In this document: piece by piece, positions 21,114 through 31,948 of the stretch | Layout of the letters: each line of letters begins with the position of its first letter | Position numbering within the stretch: position 1 is the first letter of the stretch | Program-made: the position numbers and the translations under genes | The notes under the pieces: generated by a model | The model's database searches: none | Seen by the model: only the letters and a program-made list of their open reading frames with translations | Told to the model about the DNA's origin: nothing | Assembly: GCA_963555755.3 (NCBI GenBank) | Contig: OY820905.2 | Coordinates: 448,001 to 512,000, forward strand | Length of the DNA: 64,000 bases | Reading direction: 5' to 3' | DNA from: Nitrospirales bacterium | Lineage (GTDB): Bacteria > Nitrospirota > Nitrospiria > Nitrospirales > UBA8639

Positions 21114-23855
21114 CTATACCATTCTCTGAAGTTGCTGTTCACTACTTGAGAGAAGCGATAGTTCAGCCGTCAGAGCTTCAAGGCGTTCCTTGGATTCTTG
21201 AATGACGTCGGGCGAGGCTTTGGCGGTAAAGTCAACGGAAGCCAGGCGGCCTTGCAGGCGTGTGGCTTCTTTCTGTTTCGCTTGTGTTTGCTTGCGAATA
21301 CGATCCAGGGCTTTCTTGAGATCGACTTCACCTTCAATGTGGATGCCGATGGTGAAGCCTCCGACTATGAGTCGCAGAACATGATCGGTTGGCCAATCAT
21401 CTTGTTCTGTGACGCGAAGTTCCCCTCGCCCCAATTGTTCCAAGTACGTGATAAGGGTATGAAGTTGGGACACTTGGTTGGGATCTTTGGCGGTTCCGTA
21501 TAAGGTCAGCTTTTTCGATGGCCCGTATTCTAAAAGCGCTCGCCCAGTGCGTGTGATGGTCACCACCTGTTCGATAATGTGAAACGCCTCTTCGGCTTTT
21601 GGATCAACCCAATCCTTTTGTGATGTGGGATAAGCCTGGATGACAATGCTTTCCCCTTCATGCGGTATGGCCTGCCAAATTTCTTCGGTGAGAAAGGGCA
21701 TGAGCGGATGAAGTAAGCGCTGTAGGATTTCAAATGATTCAAAAAGCGTGTGGCGCGTGGATCGGCCTTCCGGTGTATCGCCGGCTAGGAGTGCAGGTTT
21801 GATCAGCTCCAAGTACCAATCACAGTATTCGTGCCAAATGAAATGATAGAGCTGACTGGCCGCTTGATCAAACCGGTAGTTTTCCAAACTGGTATTGACG
21901 GATTCAATCACGTAATTGAGTCGAGTGAGAATCCACCGATCGATCAAGGGTCGGTCATGAAAGGGGAGGGCTTCGGTCTTGCCATCTGCGTTCATGAGGA
22001 TGAACCGCGCGGCATTCCAAATTTTATTCGTAAAGTTTCGATAGCCCTCGATGCGTTCTTCTGACAATTTAATGTCGCGTCCTGGTGACGCCATGGATGT
22101 CAGTGTGAACCGTAAGGCATCCGTGCCGTATTGCGACATCTTGGTTAAGGGATCGATGACATTCCCTTTCGACTTGCTCATTTTTTGGCCCTCGGCATCC
22201 CGGACCAACGCATGAATGTAGACATCTCGAAATGGAGGCTTGCCGGTGAACTTTAACCCCATCATGATCATGCGGGCGACCCAGAAAAACAATATGTCGA
22301 GACCCGTGACGAGTGTGGCGGTAGGGTAGAAGGTTTTGAGATCGGGGGTTTCATCCGGCCATCCCAAAGTTGAGAAGGGCCACAGGGCAGAGGAAAACCA
22401 TGTGTCCAGCACATCAGGGTCTTGAATGAATTCCGCATTGTGACAGGTTGGGCAAGTTGACGGTTCCGTCCGGCCAACGATTGGAGTGGCATTCGGAGGA
22501 ATGATGCTGCTTCCCGCACCCTGTTCAACTTGTTTGACTTCGGGATAACAGGTTGTGCAATACCACGCGGGAATTCGATGCCCCCACCAGATCTGCCGAG
22601 AGATACACCAGTCTTTGATCCCGCGCATCCACCCGAGATAATTATTCGACCAAGCTTCGGGGATGATCCGAATCTCCCCTGTCTCAACCGCTTTAATCGC
22701 AGGGTCGGCAAGGGGTTGAATCTTGACGAACCATTGTGGAGACAGAAACGGCTCCACCACGGTTTTGCATCGATAGCACTTCCCAATGGCCATTTGATGA
22801 TCGTCGATTGACGGAAGGAGTTCCTGCGCTTGCAGTGCTTCGATCACGATTGTTCGGGCTTTTCCCACTGGCAATTCCACTAATTGGGCTCGCAACGAAG
22901 GTTCGACTTCGGCCTTCTCTAATCCTTCAGGATCAATCTGTGCGCGGTAATTCAAGATGGAAAGATGCGGGAGCTGATGACGCTGGCCAGCCTCGAAGTC
23001 ATTAAAGTCATGGGCCGGAGTGATCTTAACTGCGCCGGTACCAAACTCCCGGTCCACTAAAATGGCATCACCCACGATGGGAATGGTTCGTGAGGTTAGG
23101 GGAAGCCGAATTGATTTGCCAATAAGCTGATTGTAGCGCGGATCTTCGGGATGAACTGCCACTGCGGTATCGCCTAACAATGTTTCAGGGCGCGTGGTCG
23201 CGATGGTCAAAAACGTGTTGGGATCATCCGCCAGAGGATAACGGATGTGGTATAGCTTACCTTTCAACTGCTCATGTTCGACCTCAATATCCGATAGCGC
23301 GGTCAGGCATCGAGGGCACCAATTGATCAGGCGTTCGCCACGGTAGATCAATCCATCCTGATGGAGCCGGACAAACACTTCACGAACGGCTTTGGATAGG
23401 CCGTCATCCATGGTGAAACGCAAACGCGACCAATCACACGAAGCGCCAAGATGTTTGAGCTGGCCAATGATCGTGTTGCCGGATTGTTCCTTCCACGTCC
23501 ACACCCGTTCGATGAAGGCATCTCGCCCAAGTTGTTCACGGGAGTTGCCTTCTTCATGGAGTTGTCGCTCAACGACATTTTGTGTCGCAATACCCGCATG
23601 GTCGGTTCCAGGAAGCCAGAGGGCGTTTCGACCCTGCATGCGGCGCCAGCGAATCAGGATATCTTGTAACGTGCTATTAAGCGCATGCCCAATATGCAAG
23701 GATCCGGTGACGTTTGGCGGGGGAATGACAATTGTATAGGACTCGGCAGGAGCGCCAGACTTGGCTGTGAAGTACCCCTGGTCAAGCCAATGTTGGCTCC
23801 ACCGAGCTTCGACAGCTTGTGGCTCGTAAATTTTTTCGAGTTGACGGGAAGGCAT
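21114..23855 (-). CDS. valS: Valine--tRNA ligase
   Basis: PPPNVTG.LHIGH, DWCISRQ.WWGH and KMSKS motifs. Confidence 0.98.
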   Translation of the reverse strand: MPSRQLEKIYEPQAVEARWSQHWLDQGYFTAKSGAPAESYTIVIPPPNVTGSLHIGHALNSTLQDILIRWRRMQGRNALWLPGTDHAGIATQNVVERQLHEEGNSREQLGRDAFIERVWTWKEQSGNTIIGQLKHLGASCDWSRLRFTMDDGLSKAVREVFVRLHQDGLIYRGERLINWCPRCLTALSDIEVEHEQLKGKLYHIRYPLADDPNTFLTIATTRPETLLGDTAVAVHPEDPRYNQLIGKSIRLPLTSRTIPIVGDAILVDREFGTGAVKITPAHDFNDFEAGQRHQLPHLSILNYRAQIDPEGLEKAEVEPSLRAQLVELPVGKARTIVIEALQAQELLPSIDDHQMAIGKCYRCKTVVEPFLSPQWFVKIQPLADPAIKAVETGEIRIIPEAWSNNYLGWMRGIKDWCISRQIWWGHRIPAWYCTTCYPEVKQVEQGAGSSIIPPNATPIVGRTEPSTCPTCHNAEFIQDPDVLDTWFSSALWPFSTLGWPDETPDLKTFYPTATLVTGLDILFFWVARMIMMGLKFTGKPPFRDVYIHALVRDAEGQKMSKSKGNVIDPLTKMSQYGTDALRFTLTSMASPGRDIKLSEERIEGYRNFTNKIWNAARFILMNADGKTEALPFHDRPLIDRWILTRLNYVIESVNTSLENYRFDQAASQLYHFIWHEYCDWYLELIKPALLAGDTPEGRSTRHTLFESFEILQRLLHPLMPFLTEEIWQAIPHEGESIVIQAYPTSQKDWVDPKAEEAFHIIEQVVTITRTGRALLEYGPSKKLTLYGTAKDPNQVSQLHTLITYLEQLGRGELRVTEQDDWPTDHVLRLIVGGFTIGIHIEGEVDLKKALDRIRKQTQAKQKEATRLQGRLASVDFTAKASPDVIQESKERLEALTAELSLLSSSEQQLQRMV

Positions 23856-23918
23856 AGGTAAGAAAATAGGCGAAAAAGAGATCGAATTTTAACATGGGCC
23901 CCTGGGGCCCGCAACCAC

Positions 23919-25822
23919 CAGGGCTATTTCATATTAAAGTGTAACTTTATAGATAATAAGGAATAATCGATTTAGGCTGGCTTTTTCTTTTCGTTTACGG
24001 CATACTCTTTTGCATGCCAGACGAATCGCCAAGCGGACAGCCGGACATTGATCTGAGGCAAGTCGTGGTTCGCCCAATTGTCCGAGACGAAAAGGACGCC
24101 TTCAAGACCCTTCTCGACAGACACCACTACCTCGGTCATGCCCCGCTGATTGGCCAATCGATACAATATCTCGCCTGTGTGCAGGATCGCTGGCTGGCCT
24201 TGCTGGTGTTTGCGGCGGCGGCCCTCAAATCGAGACCGCGAGACCACTGGATCGGCTGGCCCCCCTGTTTTCAATGGCAACGACTCCATTTACTGGCCAA
24301 CAACACCCGGTTTCTCATGCTGCCGGGCTGTTCGCAAAAGAACCTCGCCTCGAAAGTCCTGTCGCTCTGCGCGAAACGGATCTCGTCCGATTGGCAACTG
24401 TACCACGGCTACCCCTTGCTCCTCTTAGAGACCTTCGTCGATCCTGCCCGCTTCACCGGGACCTGCTATCGGGCCGCCGGGTGGCACGAGCTCGGTCTGA
24501 CACGAGGGTTTCGCAAGTCGAACACGTGTTATGTTCAGCATGAGAGACCGAAGCGCATCCTAGTCGTGCGGCTGCATCCCCAAGCCCGAGAGATCCTTGC
24601 ACGCCCGATGCTTGATCAGCCCTATCAGAAAGGAGAAGCGCCTCAGATGAGATTGAATACAAAACAGACGGACTCCCTCTTTACGTATGTGGTGCAGCTG
24701 ACCGATCCCCGCCATTTGCAAGGGCAACGGCACACCCGACGCGCCCTCACGGCGATCATGTTCTGTGCCACCTTGTGCGGCGCGCGCGGCTATGAAGCGA
24801 TCTCGGACTGGGCCCAGCAGTTATCGCAGCCGATGCGCAAGCGGCTAGGCTGTACTCAGCGAGGGGGGCGCTACCTCGTCCCGAGCCGCAGCACTCTTTA
24901 CCGCTTTATCACGGCCGTCGACCCCTGTGAAGTCGATACCCTGCTCGGCCGGTGGCTGGACACCTTCGGCGGGGAGGATCAGGGCATTGCCATTGATGGG
25001 AAGACCATGCGGGGGACGTCGAAGGTCCCAAGCGAACAGCCCCACGTCCTCAGCGCCGTCACCCATCAAGCCGGGCGCCACCTCACCCAAAAAAAGTTCA
25101 CTCCAAGACCAATGAGATCCCCTGCGTGCGGCCCCTGTTAGATGCGCTCGAGATCGCAGGGAAGGTGATCACGGCGGATGCGCTCCTCACCCAGAAAGAG
25201 ATTGCCGAGTACCTGGTGCACGAACGCGGCGCCGACTTCGTCTTCACCGTCAAGGGAAACCAGCCCACCTTGAAGCACGACATTGAGGCCTTAGCGTTGC
25301 GAGCACGCCGGTGCGATTATGCCACCACCGAGAAAGGCCATGGGCAGATCACGACCCGCAGGATCTGGTGCGATGACTCCCTGAATGCCTATGTCAACTT
25401 TCCTCATGTCCAGCAAGTCTTCTGCATTGAGAGGGAAGTGACGCATCTCAAGCAGGGCCTCACGACCGTCGAAGCGGTCTGCGGTGTCACGAGTCAGTCC
25501 AAAGACAAGGCGGGGCCGAAGACCATCCTCTCGCAAAACCGAAAGCATTGGAGTGTGGAGAATAAGCAGCATTATGTGTTGGACGTCACCTTTGATGAAG
25601 ACAGGAGTCAGATACGAAGTCTCAATGGCCCAATGGTCATGACCTGTCTGAGACGCTATGCCATCAGTCTCTTACGCCTGAAAGGCTACACCAATATCGC
25701 GCAGGCGTGTAGACTGCTCTGGGGCAAGCCCCATTTAGCCATCCGCATGGCCCTGCCCTGAAAAAGAGGGCACAAAAAACCTCATGGAATCCCTTGCTTA
25801 TAAAAAGAATGAAATGGCCCTG
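23919..25822 (+). mobile_element. ISAs1-family IS with DUF4338-like N-terminal domain; transposase split over two frames (24014-25141 and to 25761)
   Basis: TIRs CAGGGCTATTTCAT and ATGAAATGGCCCTG; 10-bp TSD CCGCAACCAC at 23909-23918 and 25823-25832. IAIDGKT, KTNEI, ITADA and HW.VEN..H..LDV.F.ED motifs. Confidence 0.9.
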
Positions 25823-25832
25823 CCGCAACCAC

Positions 25833-26930
25833 CAGGGTCATGGAATCGCCAAGCGGACAGCCGGACTCTGTCCATTGTAAACAAGACACCACGGGGCCGA
25901 AGCCAATCCATCCTCTCGCAAAACCGAAAGCATTGGAGTGTGGAGAATAAGCAGCATTATGTGTTGGACGTCACCTTTGATGAAGACAGGAGTCAGATAC
26001 GAAGTCTCAATGGCCCAATGGTCATGACCTGTCTGAGACGCTATGCCATCAGTCTCTTACGCCTGAAAGGCTACACCAATAGGCTGTACTCGCGCAGGCG
26101 TGTAGTGAAGTCTGCTCGGCCGGTGGCTGGACACCTTCGGCAAGCCCGGGGGACGTCAGGTCCCAAGCCATCCGCATCAAGCCGGGCGCCACCTCACCCA
26201 AAAAAAGTTCACTCCAAGAAAGAGATCCCCTGCGTGCGGCCCCTGTTAGATGCGCTCGAGATCGCAGGGAAGGTGATCACGGCGGATGCGCTCCTCACCC
26301 AGAAAGAGATTGCCGAGTACCTGGTGCACGAACGCGGCGCCGACTTCGTCTTCACCGTCAAGGGAAACCAGCCCACCTTGAAGCACGACATTGAGGCCTT
26401 AGCGTTGCGAGCACGCCGGTGCGATTATGCCACCACCGAGAAAGGCCATGGGCAGATCACGACCCGCAGGATCTGGTGCGATGACTCCCTGAATGCCTAT
26501 GTCAACTTTCCTCATGTCCAGCAAGTCTTCTGCATTGAGAGGGAAGTGACGCATCTCAAGCAGGGCCTCACGACCGTCGAAGCGGTCTGCGGTGTCACGA
26601 GTCAGTCCAAAGACAAGGCGGGGCCGAAGACCATCCTCTCGCAAAACCGAAAGCATTGGAGTGTGGAGAATAAGCAGCATTATGTGTTGGACGTCACCTT
26701 TGATGAAGACAGGAGTCAGATACGAAGTCTCAATGGCCCAATGGTCATGACCTGTCTGAGACGCTATGCCATCAGTCTCTTACGCCTGAAAGGCTACACC
26801 AATATCGCGCAGGCGTGTAGACTGCTCTGGGGCAAGCCCCATTTAGCCATCCGCATGGCCCTGCCCTGAAAAAGAGCGCACAAAAAACCTCATGGAATCC
26901 CTTGCTTATAAAAAGAATGAAATGGCCCTG
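25833..26930 (+). mobile_element. Second, internally scrambled tandem copy of the ISAs1 element
   Basis: About 26220-26930 is near-identical to the 3' part of copy 1, and 25833-26220 is a patchwork of copy-1 fragments. It ends with the same TIR, and the TSD recurs at 26931-26940. Confidence 0.75.
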
Positions 26931-26981
26931 CCGCAACCACTAACATAGTTGTTATTCCAGGGGAAGATGTGGTAGAAACCA

Positions 26982-27161
26982 AGGACATGAGCGAAAATAT
27001 CTTGGACATATGGCGCCAAGATTTGGGTCGGATTTGGACGGAACGATTGAGAAATACCCGAGGCATAGCGCAGCTATGTTGAGGGATTTTCGATTGAGGC
27101 CCGTTCAAAGATGGCCCGAAAATTGGATGCGAGATGTCCAAGTTATTTTCGCTCAGGTCCT
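26982..27161. repeat. Family C palindromic element, copy 2
   Basis: Alignable over its full length with 19218-19398. Confidence 0.85.
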
Positions 27162-27224
27162 ACATTGAACCTAGGGAATCTACTTGTATTCCCTTTTGTA
27201 GTCCATAAATCGAAAGGATGGCAC

Positions 27225-27335
27225 ATGCCTAAAGGACGTGAAAAAGACCGAGAACTTCGTCGCAAACACCGTAAAAATCGAGACCGTATGAAAGCCCTAG
27301 AAAAAACACAGCGACAGACCAAAACAAAGAAGTAA
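27225..27335 (+). CDS. 36-aa highly basic small protein
   Basis: AAAGGA RBS, then MPKGREKDRELRRKHRKNRDRMKALEKTQRQTKTKK. Confidence 0.6.
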   Translation: MPKGREKDRELRRKHRKNRDRMKALEKTQRQTKTKK

Positions 27336-27584
27336 ACCTTTCTTCGGGGTCTGGGTGACAGCCAACAACGATACTCACCGCGAATTGATTATTCTTTACT
27401 CGCCGTTTTTGTTTTTTTGCCCCCAATCGTAATCGATCCAAGCAAGGTGTCTGTGAACAGAGCAGTTTCAATAGACATCTTTAATTTTAGAGAATCCGTA
27501 TTTCATCCGTGTAAGCCTCATCCTGGTTGTCAATTTTGATGGCCGATCACTATAGTTTTTCAGGAGAGCGTATTCGAACTTTCT

Positions 27585-28307
27585 ATGTTCCCATCACCGA
27601 TTAAAGTTATTTTCTTTGATGCCGCAGGGACCTTGTTTCATGTGAAAGGGTCGGTGGGGGAGGTGTATCTTCGCTATGCGAAAAAATATGGCGTCTCTCA
27701 ATCCCAGGAGATGGCTGCGAAGGTGAATCAGGCTTTCAAGGAATCGTTTCGTCAGGCACCACCTCCGATTTTTGCTATTGAGCACCCTGAAAAATTAAAG
27801 CAGTGTGAAAGGTTGTGGTGGTTCGATGTTGTGCACGGGGTGTTTTATCGTGTGGGCATGTTTAACGGGTTTGATGAGTATTTTGATGAGGTCTTTGAGG
27901 CGTTTGGAACAGCAGCTGTTTGGGAGGTCTATCCTGAAGTACCAGGAGTTCTACAGGAACTAAAGTCGCAAGGGTATGAACTGGGTGTCATTTCGAATTT
28001 TGATACGCGGTTTTTTGGGATTTTTCGTGGTTTGAAATTAGATCAATACTTCGACACCGTCACTATTTCCAGTTTGGCGGGTTCGGCCAAACCTTCTCCG
28101 AAAATTTTTCAATATGCCTTAGATCAACATGTGCTTGATCCGGAAGACGCATTGCATATTGGGGACAGTATTACGGAAGATGTCGAGGGGGCAAATCAAG
28201 CGAAGTTAACCGGGATTTTTCTTAATAGAGAAGGTGACCCCGTGTCCTCGATGGGGTATTCATTGAAAAATCTATTGTCCCTCCCTTCTTTTCTCCAGTC
28301 TTTGTGA
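27585..28307 (+). CDS. HAD-IA family hydrolase (REG-2-like)
   Basis: FFDAAGTL, ISNFD, KP...IF and HIGD...DV.GA motifs. Confidence 0.9.
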   Translation: MFPSPIKVIFFDAAGTLFHVKGSVGEVYLRYAKKYGVSQSQEMAAKVNQAFKESFRQAPPPIFAIEHPEKLKQCERLWWFDVVHGVFYRVGMFNGFDEYFDEVFEAFGTAAVWEVYPEVPGVLQELKSQGYELGVISNFDTRFFGIFRGLKLDQYFDTVTISSLAGSAKPSPKIFQYALDQHVLDPEDALHIGDSITEDVEGANQAKLTGIFLNREGDPVSSMGYSLKNLLSLPSFLQSL

Positions 28308-28429
28308 GGATGGAAATTTGCCACTATGAAATGGTGCTATAAGAATCAATGTTTGATGCCTCAAATTTTTATAGGCAATTGTGCGTATGCCTAAGGTAGA
28401 GTTTCCATATTTTGGTCGTTTCCCTTTCC

Positions 28430-28459
28430 TTGACTTCCCAAAATCTGGCTTGCTAGAAT
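28430..28459 (+). promoter_or_regulatory. Putative sigma70 promoter of the NHL gene
   Basis: TTGACT-18bp-TAGAAT with an extended TGn. Confidence 0.45.
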
Positions 28460-28580
28460 TTCCTTCATAAGTAGCTGGTTTTATTTAACTTTTCATTGTC
28501 GAGTGTTTCGGTTCCTCAACGGTTACAATCGGATAACAATATTACATCAAGTAACACTTGAATATTAGTGGGGGAAGTTT

Positions 28581-31541
28581 ATGAGGGATTTTTTCAATAG
28601 TGATGATCTCATTCAGCAGCCGCACCGGATGGCTTTGTCAGCGGAAGGTGTTGAAGAAGAATGGGGAGCTGGGGAAGATCAGGATCAAGACAAGTTTCCA
28701 CCTGCTCCTGCTGGGGTCAAGGCCGTGGCGGGAAATGGGTTCATCACTGTTTCGTGGGAACCGGTCCCTGATGCCATGTACTACAACATGTATTACATGA
28801 CGAGTAAGGGCGTGAGCATCAAGCCTAACGAATTAGCGCGTCCGATTGCCGGGAAAGATGATTTTAATCCGGTCATTGGGGTGGATAAAGAAAAAGGGAA
28901 TTGTATTGAAGGTTCCTCGACTCCCTACACGCATAGCGATCTCTCAAATGGAATGTGCTACCACTATGTAATCACTGCCGTAACGGAAGATGGGGAAAGC
29001 CCCTGTTCCGAAGAAGTCATGTCAATTCCTTCTCCCTACTTGTGTGTTATGCAGTTTGGTGAAGAAGGCGTTGACGATGGGGAATTTCGTTCTCCCACGG
29101 GAATTGCGATTGACAGTGAGGGTTGTATTTATGTGGCTGATACGGACAACCACAGTATTCAAAAATTCGATAAGGATGGCGTATTCTTGAGCCGCTGGGG
29201 TGGAGATCCGGACTCCGAAGATGGGTCCTTTTACTACCCAAGAGGGCTCACCACGACTCCGGACGGATATGTGTTTGTCGCCGATAGTGGTAATAACCGT
29301 GTTCAGAAATTTGATCCCGATGGCAATTTCATGAAGGCGTGGGGCAAGTTCGGCTTTGCCTGGAGAGGCGCCGAAGCTGGAAAGTTTGATGTGCCTTGGG
29401 GCGTGACGACTGATCAGCAAGGCCATCTGTATGTTTCGGATACCAGTAATGCGCGGATCCAAAAATTCGAGTCAAACGGTACGCCGCTGGTGAAATGGGG
29501 ACGGGATGGTAGCTTTGATGGCGCGTTCTTTTACCCTCGCGGGTTAACGGTTGATTTCGTTGGAAATATCTATATTGCCGATGAAGGAAATCATCGGATT
29601 CAAAAGTTCGATCCCCGCGGGAACTTCCTGGCCAAATGGGGCCGCGAAGGAAACGGTCCCGGACAATTCAAATCGCCTTGGGGCGTGGCCTGTGATCCGC
29701 TGGGGAATGTGTATGTCGTGGATAGTGGCAATCATCGCATTCAAAAGTTCGATTCAAATGGAACCTATTTGTGTAGCTGGGGCAATCGCGGATTAACCGA
29801 AGCTCAAGTGAATTATCCTTCCGGCATTGCCGTTGACAAAGAAGGGTATGTGTTTGTAGTGGATAGTGGCAATCATCGTGTCATTAAATTTGTCCCAACT
29901 GAAGAAGAAATTACACGCGGGCGGGAAAAGGCTGAAAAGGATCAAGAAAGCACGGATGGAATGCCCATTCCATTTTTGGTAGCTAAACCTGGGGATACCG
30001 AAGCCATTCTCAGTTGGTTAGAGGTTCCCGGTGCGGTTTCGTACAATTTGTATTTCAGCACAGATCCTGGGGTCACCAAAGAAACGGGCACAAAAATTGA
30101 AGGCGTGACCAGTCCGTATTTCCATATCGGTTTGACCAACAATACGCCCTACTACTATGCCCTCACCTGTGTGGATGAATCCGAAAATGAGGGTGCAATC
30201 TCCGAAGAACAAGAAGTGGCTCCGCTGTTGATTGACTTAGCGGCACCACAAAATCCAGATTTGGTCATGAACCACGGTGCTTACATGACCAGTTCATTGG
30301 ATATCGTCGCCACGATTTCCGCCAAAGACATGGATACCGGTGTGGCCGGATATTTCATTTCTGAAAATCCCATGACACCAAGTGCCACAATTCCCGGATG
30401 GATCGAAGTTGAACCCGAATATATGTTTGGCGCATCTATTCCGTTTTCACTTTCACCGGGGGATGGGCCTAAAACCGTCTATGTATGGTTCAAGGATGTT
30501 GGCAATAATACATCAGTTCCCGCCAGTGCCAATATTCTCTTAAATACCTCAGGGTATGTGTGTACGGGAACGTGGGGTAAGCCGGGTCGAGGAGCTTCCA
30601 TGCTCCACGGTGGGGAATTTATGGCTCCTCTCTATGGAATGGCTATGGATCGCCAAGGGTCGGTATTCGTCGTTGATAACGGCAATAATCGTATCCAGAA
30701 ATTTGAAAACTCGGGAAACTTTATTTTGCTGTGGGGGAATTTTGGCACTTCCAATGGCAATTTTAATAATCCCACTGGGCTGGCGTGTGATGGTAAAGGT
30801 GATGTGTATGTGTGTGATACCAACAATCACCGAGTCCAAAAATTTGATGGAAAACTTGGCCATTTCATCAGGAAATTTGGTGGACGGGGCAATGGCGAAG
30901 GCCAATTCAACGCGCCATGGGGAATCGCCGTCGATCGAGTTCGAGGCTACATTTATGTTGTTGATAGCGCGAACTTCCGTATTCAGAAGTTTGATGAGGA
31001 CGGGGAATTCATCATGCAGTGGGGGAGTTTTGGCAATAAGGATGGTCAATTCTATTTTGCTCGAGGGATAGCCGTGGATCCAAATGATGGCCTTATCTAT
31101 GTGGTGGATATGGGCAATCATCGGATTCAAAAGTTTGATACCAGCACCAACGTTCTTCCCCAACTTGTGGCCAAATGGGGGGGAGGCATTGGCGCCGGGC
31201 ATGCCAGTAGTCCACTAGCCCAAGAGCCTGGGCAATTCCGTTCCCCTTGGGGAATTACTATTGATGGAATGGGCGATGTGTTTGTTACTGATACCGGAAA
31301 TCAACGCATTCAAAAATTCGACCGTGAGGGGAATTTCGTCACTCAGTGGGGTGGTTTTGGCAATTCAGAAGGCCAGTTTAATTTTCCCTACGGCTTGATC
31401 GTCGATCCCAAAGGTCATGTGTTTGTCGTTGATAGCGGTAATATGCGCGTTCAACACTTTATGCCGGCTGAAGATGCAGAGGAACATATCCGCGAAGAAG
31501 CTGAATCTCTTGACCTGTTGCCTGAAGGTGCGGAATCCTAA
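28581..31541 (+). CDS. NHL-repeat protein: FN3, 6-blade propeller, FN3/Ig-like, 6-blade propeller
   Basis: Two sets of about 6 F..P.G.A.D..G..YV.D.GNHRIQKFD repeats and two FN3-like segments (WEPVPDA..YN; WLEVPGA.SYN). Confidence 0.9.
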   Translation: MRDFFNSDDLIQQPHRMALSAEGVEEEWGAGEDQDQDKFPPAPAGVKAVAGNGFITVSWEPVPDAMYYNMYYMTSKGVSIKPNELARPIAGKDDFNPVIGVDKEKGNCIEGSSTPYTHSDLSNGMCYHYVITAVTEDGESPCSEEVMSIPSPYLCVMQFGEEGVDDGEFRSPTGIAIDSEGCIYVADTDNHSIQKFDKDGVFLSRWGGDPDSEDGSFYYPRGLTTTPDGYVFVADSGNNRVQKFDPDGNFMKAWGKFGFAWRGAEAGKFDVPWGVTTDQQGHLYVSDTSNARIQKFESNGTPLVKWGRDGSFDGAFFYPRGLTVDFVGNIYIADEGNHRIQKFDPRGNFLAKWGREGNGPGQFKSPWGVACDPLGNVYVVDSGNHRIQKFDSNGTYLCSWGNRGLTEAQVNYPSGIAVDKEGYVFVVDSGNHRVIKFVPTEEEITRGREKAEKDQESTDGMPIPFLVAKPGDTEAILSWLEVPGAVSYNLYFSTDPGVTKETGTKIEGVTSPYFHIGLTNNTPYYYALTCVDESENEGAISEEQEVAPLLIDLAAPQNPDLVMNHGAYMTSSLDIVATISAKDMDTGVAGYFISENPMTPSATIPGWIEVEPEYMFGASIPFSLSPGDGPKTVYVWFKDVGNNTSVPASANILLNTSGYVCTGTWGKPGRGASMLHGGEFMAPLYGMAMDRQGSVFVVDNGNNRIQKFENSGNFILLWGNFGTSNGNFNNPTGLACDGKGDVYVCDTNNHRVQKFDGKLGHFIRKFGGRGNGEGQFNAPWGIAVDRVRGYIYVVDSANFRIQKFDEDGEFIMQWGSFGNKDGQFYFARGIAVDPNDGLIYVVDMGNHRIQKFDTSTNVLPQLVAKWGGGIGAGHASSPLAQEPGQFRSPWGITIDGMGDVFVTDTGNQRIQKFDREGNFVTQWGGFGNSEGQFNFPYGLIVDPKGHVFVVDSGNMRVQHFMPAEDAEEHIREEAESLDLLPEGAES

Positions 31542-31700
31542 GGGTTCGTGCAAGAATAACTTTCCCTGTTTGGGTGCTGAGACACCTGTCTGGCAAGGCG
31601 TGAGGACTGCACATACTCTTCGGTATGGAAAGAACGAGCAACGCCGCCAGTCGGGTTGGATCGACACCCAAACAGGGGAAATTATTTTTGCGCGAGCCCT
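31541..31700. repeat. 160-bp palindromic element (rod-like fold) related to families A and C
   Basis: AGGGTTCGTGCAAGAATAA.TTTCCCTGTTTGGGTG ... CACCCAAACAGGGGAAATTATTTTTGCGCGAGCCCT. Confidence 0.75.
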
Positions 31701-31948
31701 ATAAGCTCCGCACCGTGTGATAATCTTGGGCTTCCAATCTTGGGTGAGAGATTGGAAGCCCTTTTCATAGGACCCTTGTCTAGTCCTGAGCTCATCATCG
31801 ATTTTTTCATGAATTCCTGGTATGGTGCCTGATGGGTGTTTCCTCACATGTTTCCGTCTGAATTTCTTGAGGATTTCAAAATTTTTTTCTGGCCTGGAAC
31901 CATGTTTCATACTCCTCACACATCACTAGCTAGAAAAGGTTGACGACG

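Noticed and set aside
24014..24650. Druantia anti-phage system
   Set aside because: The DUF4338-like domain lies inside an IS with TIRs and TSD, and there is no DruE helicase or other dru gene.
25784..26869. 361-aa ORF as a distinct transposase
   Set aside because: Its N-terminal half is a mosaic of fragments of the preceding IS; probably an artefact.
31562..31680. SRP (4.5S) or 6S RNA
   Set aside because: It lacks the SRP GGAA-loop/GCAGC motif, is short for 6S, and has MITE-like termini.
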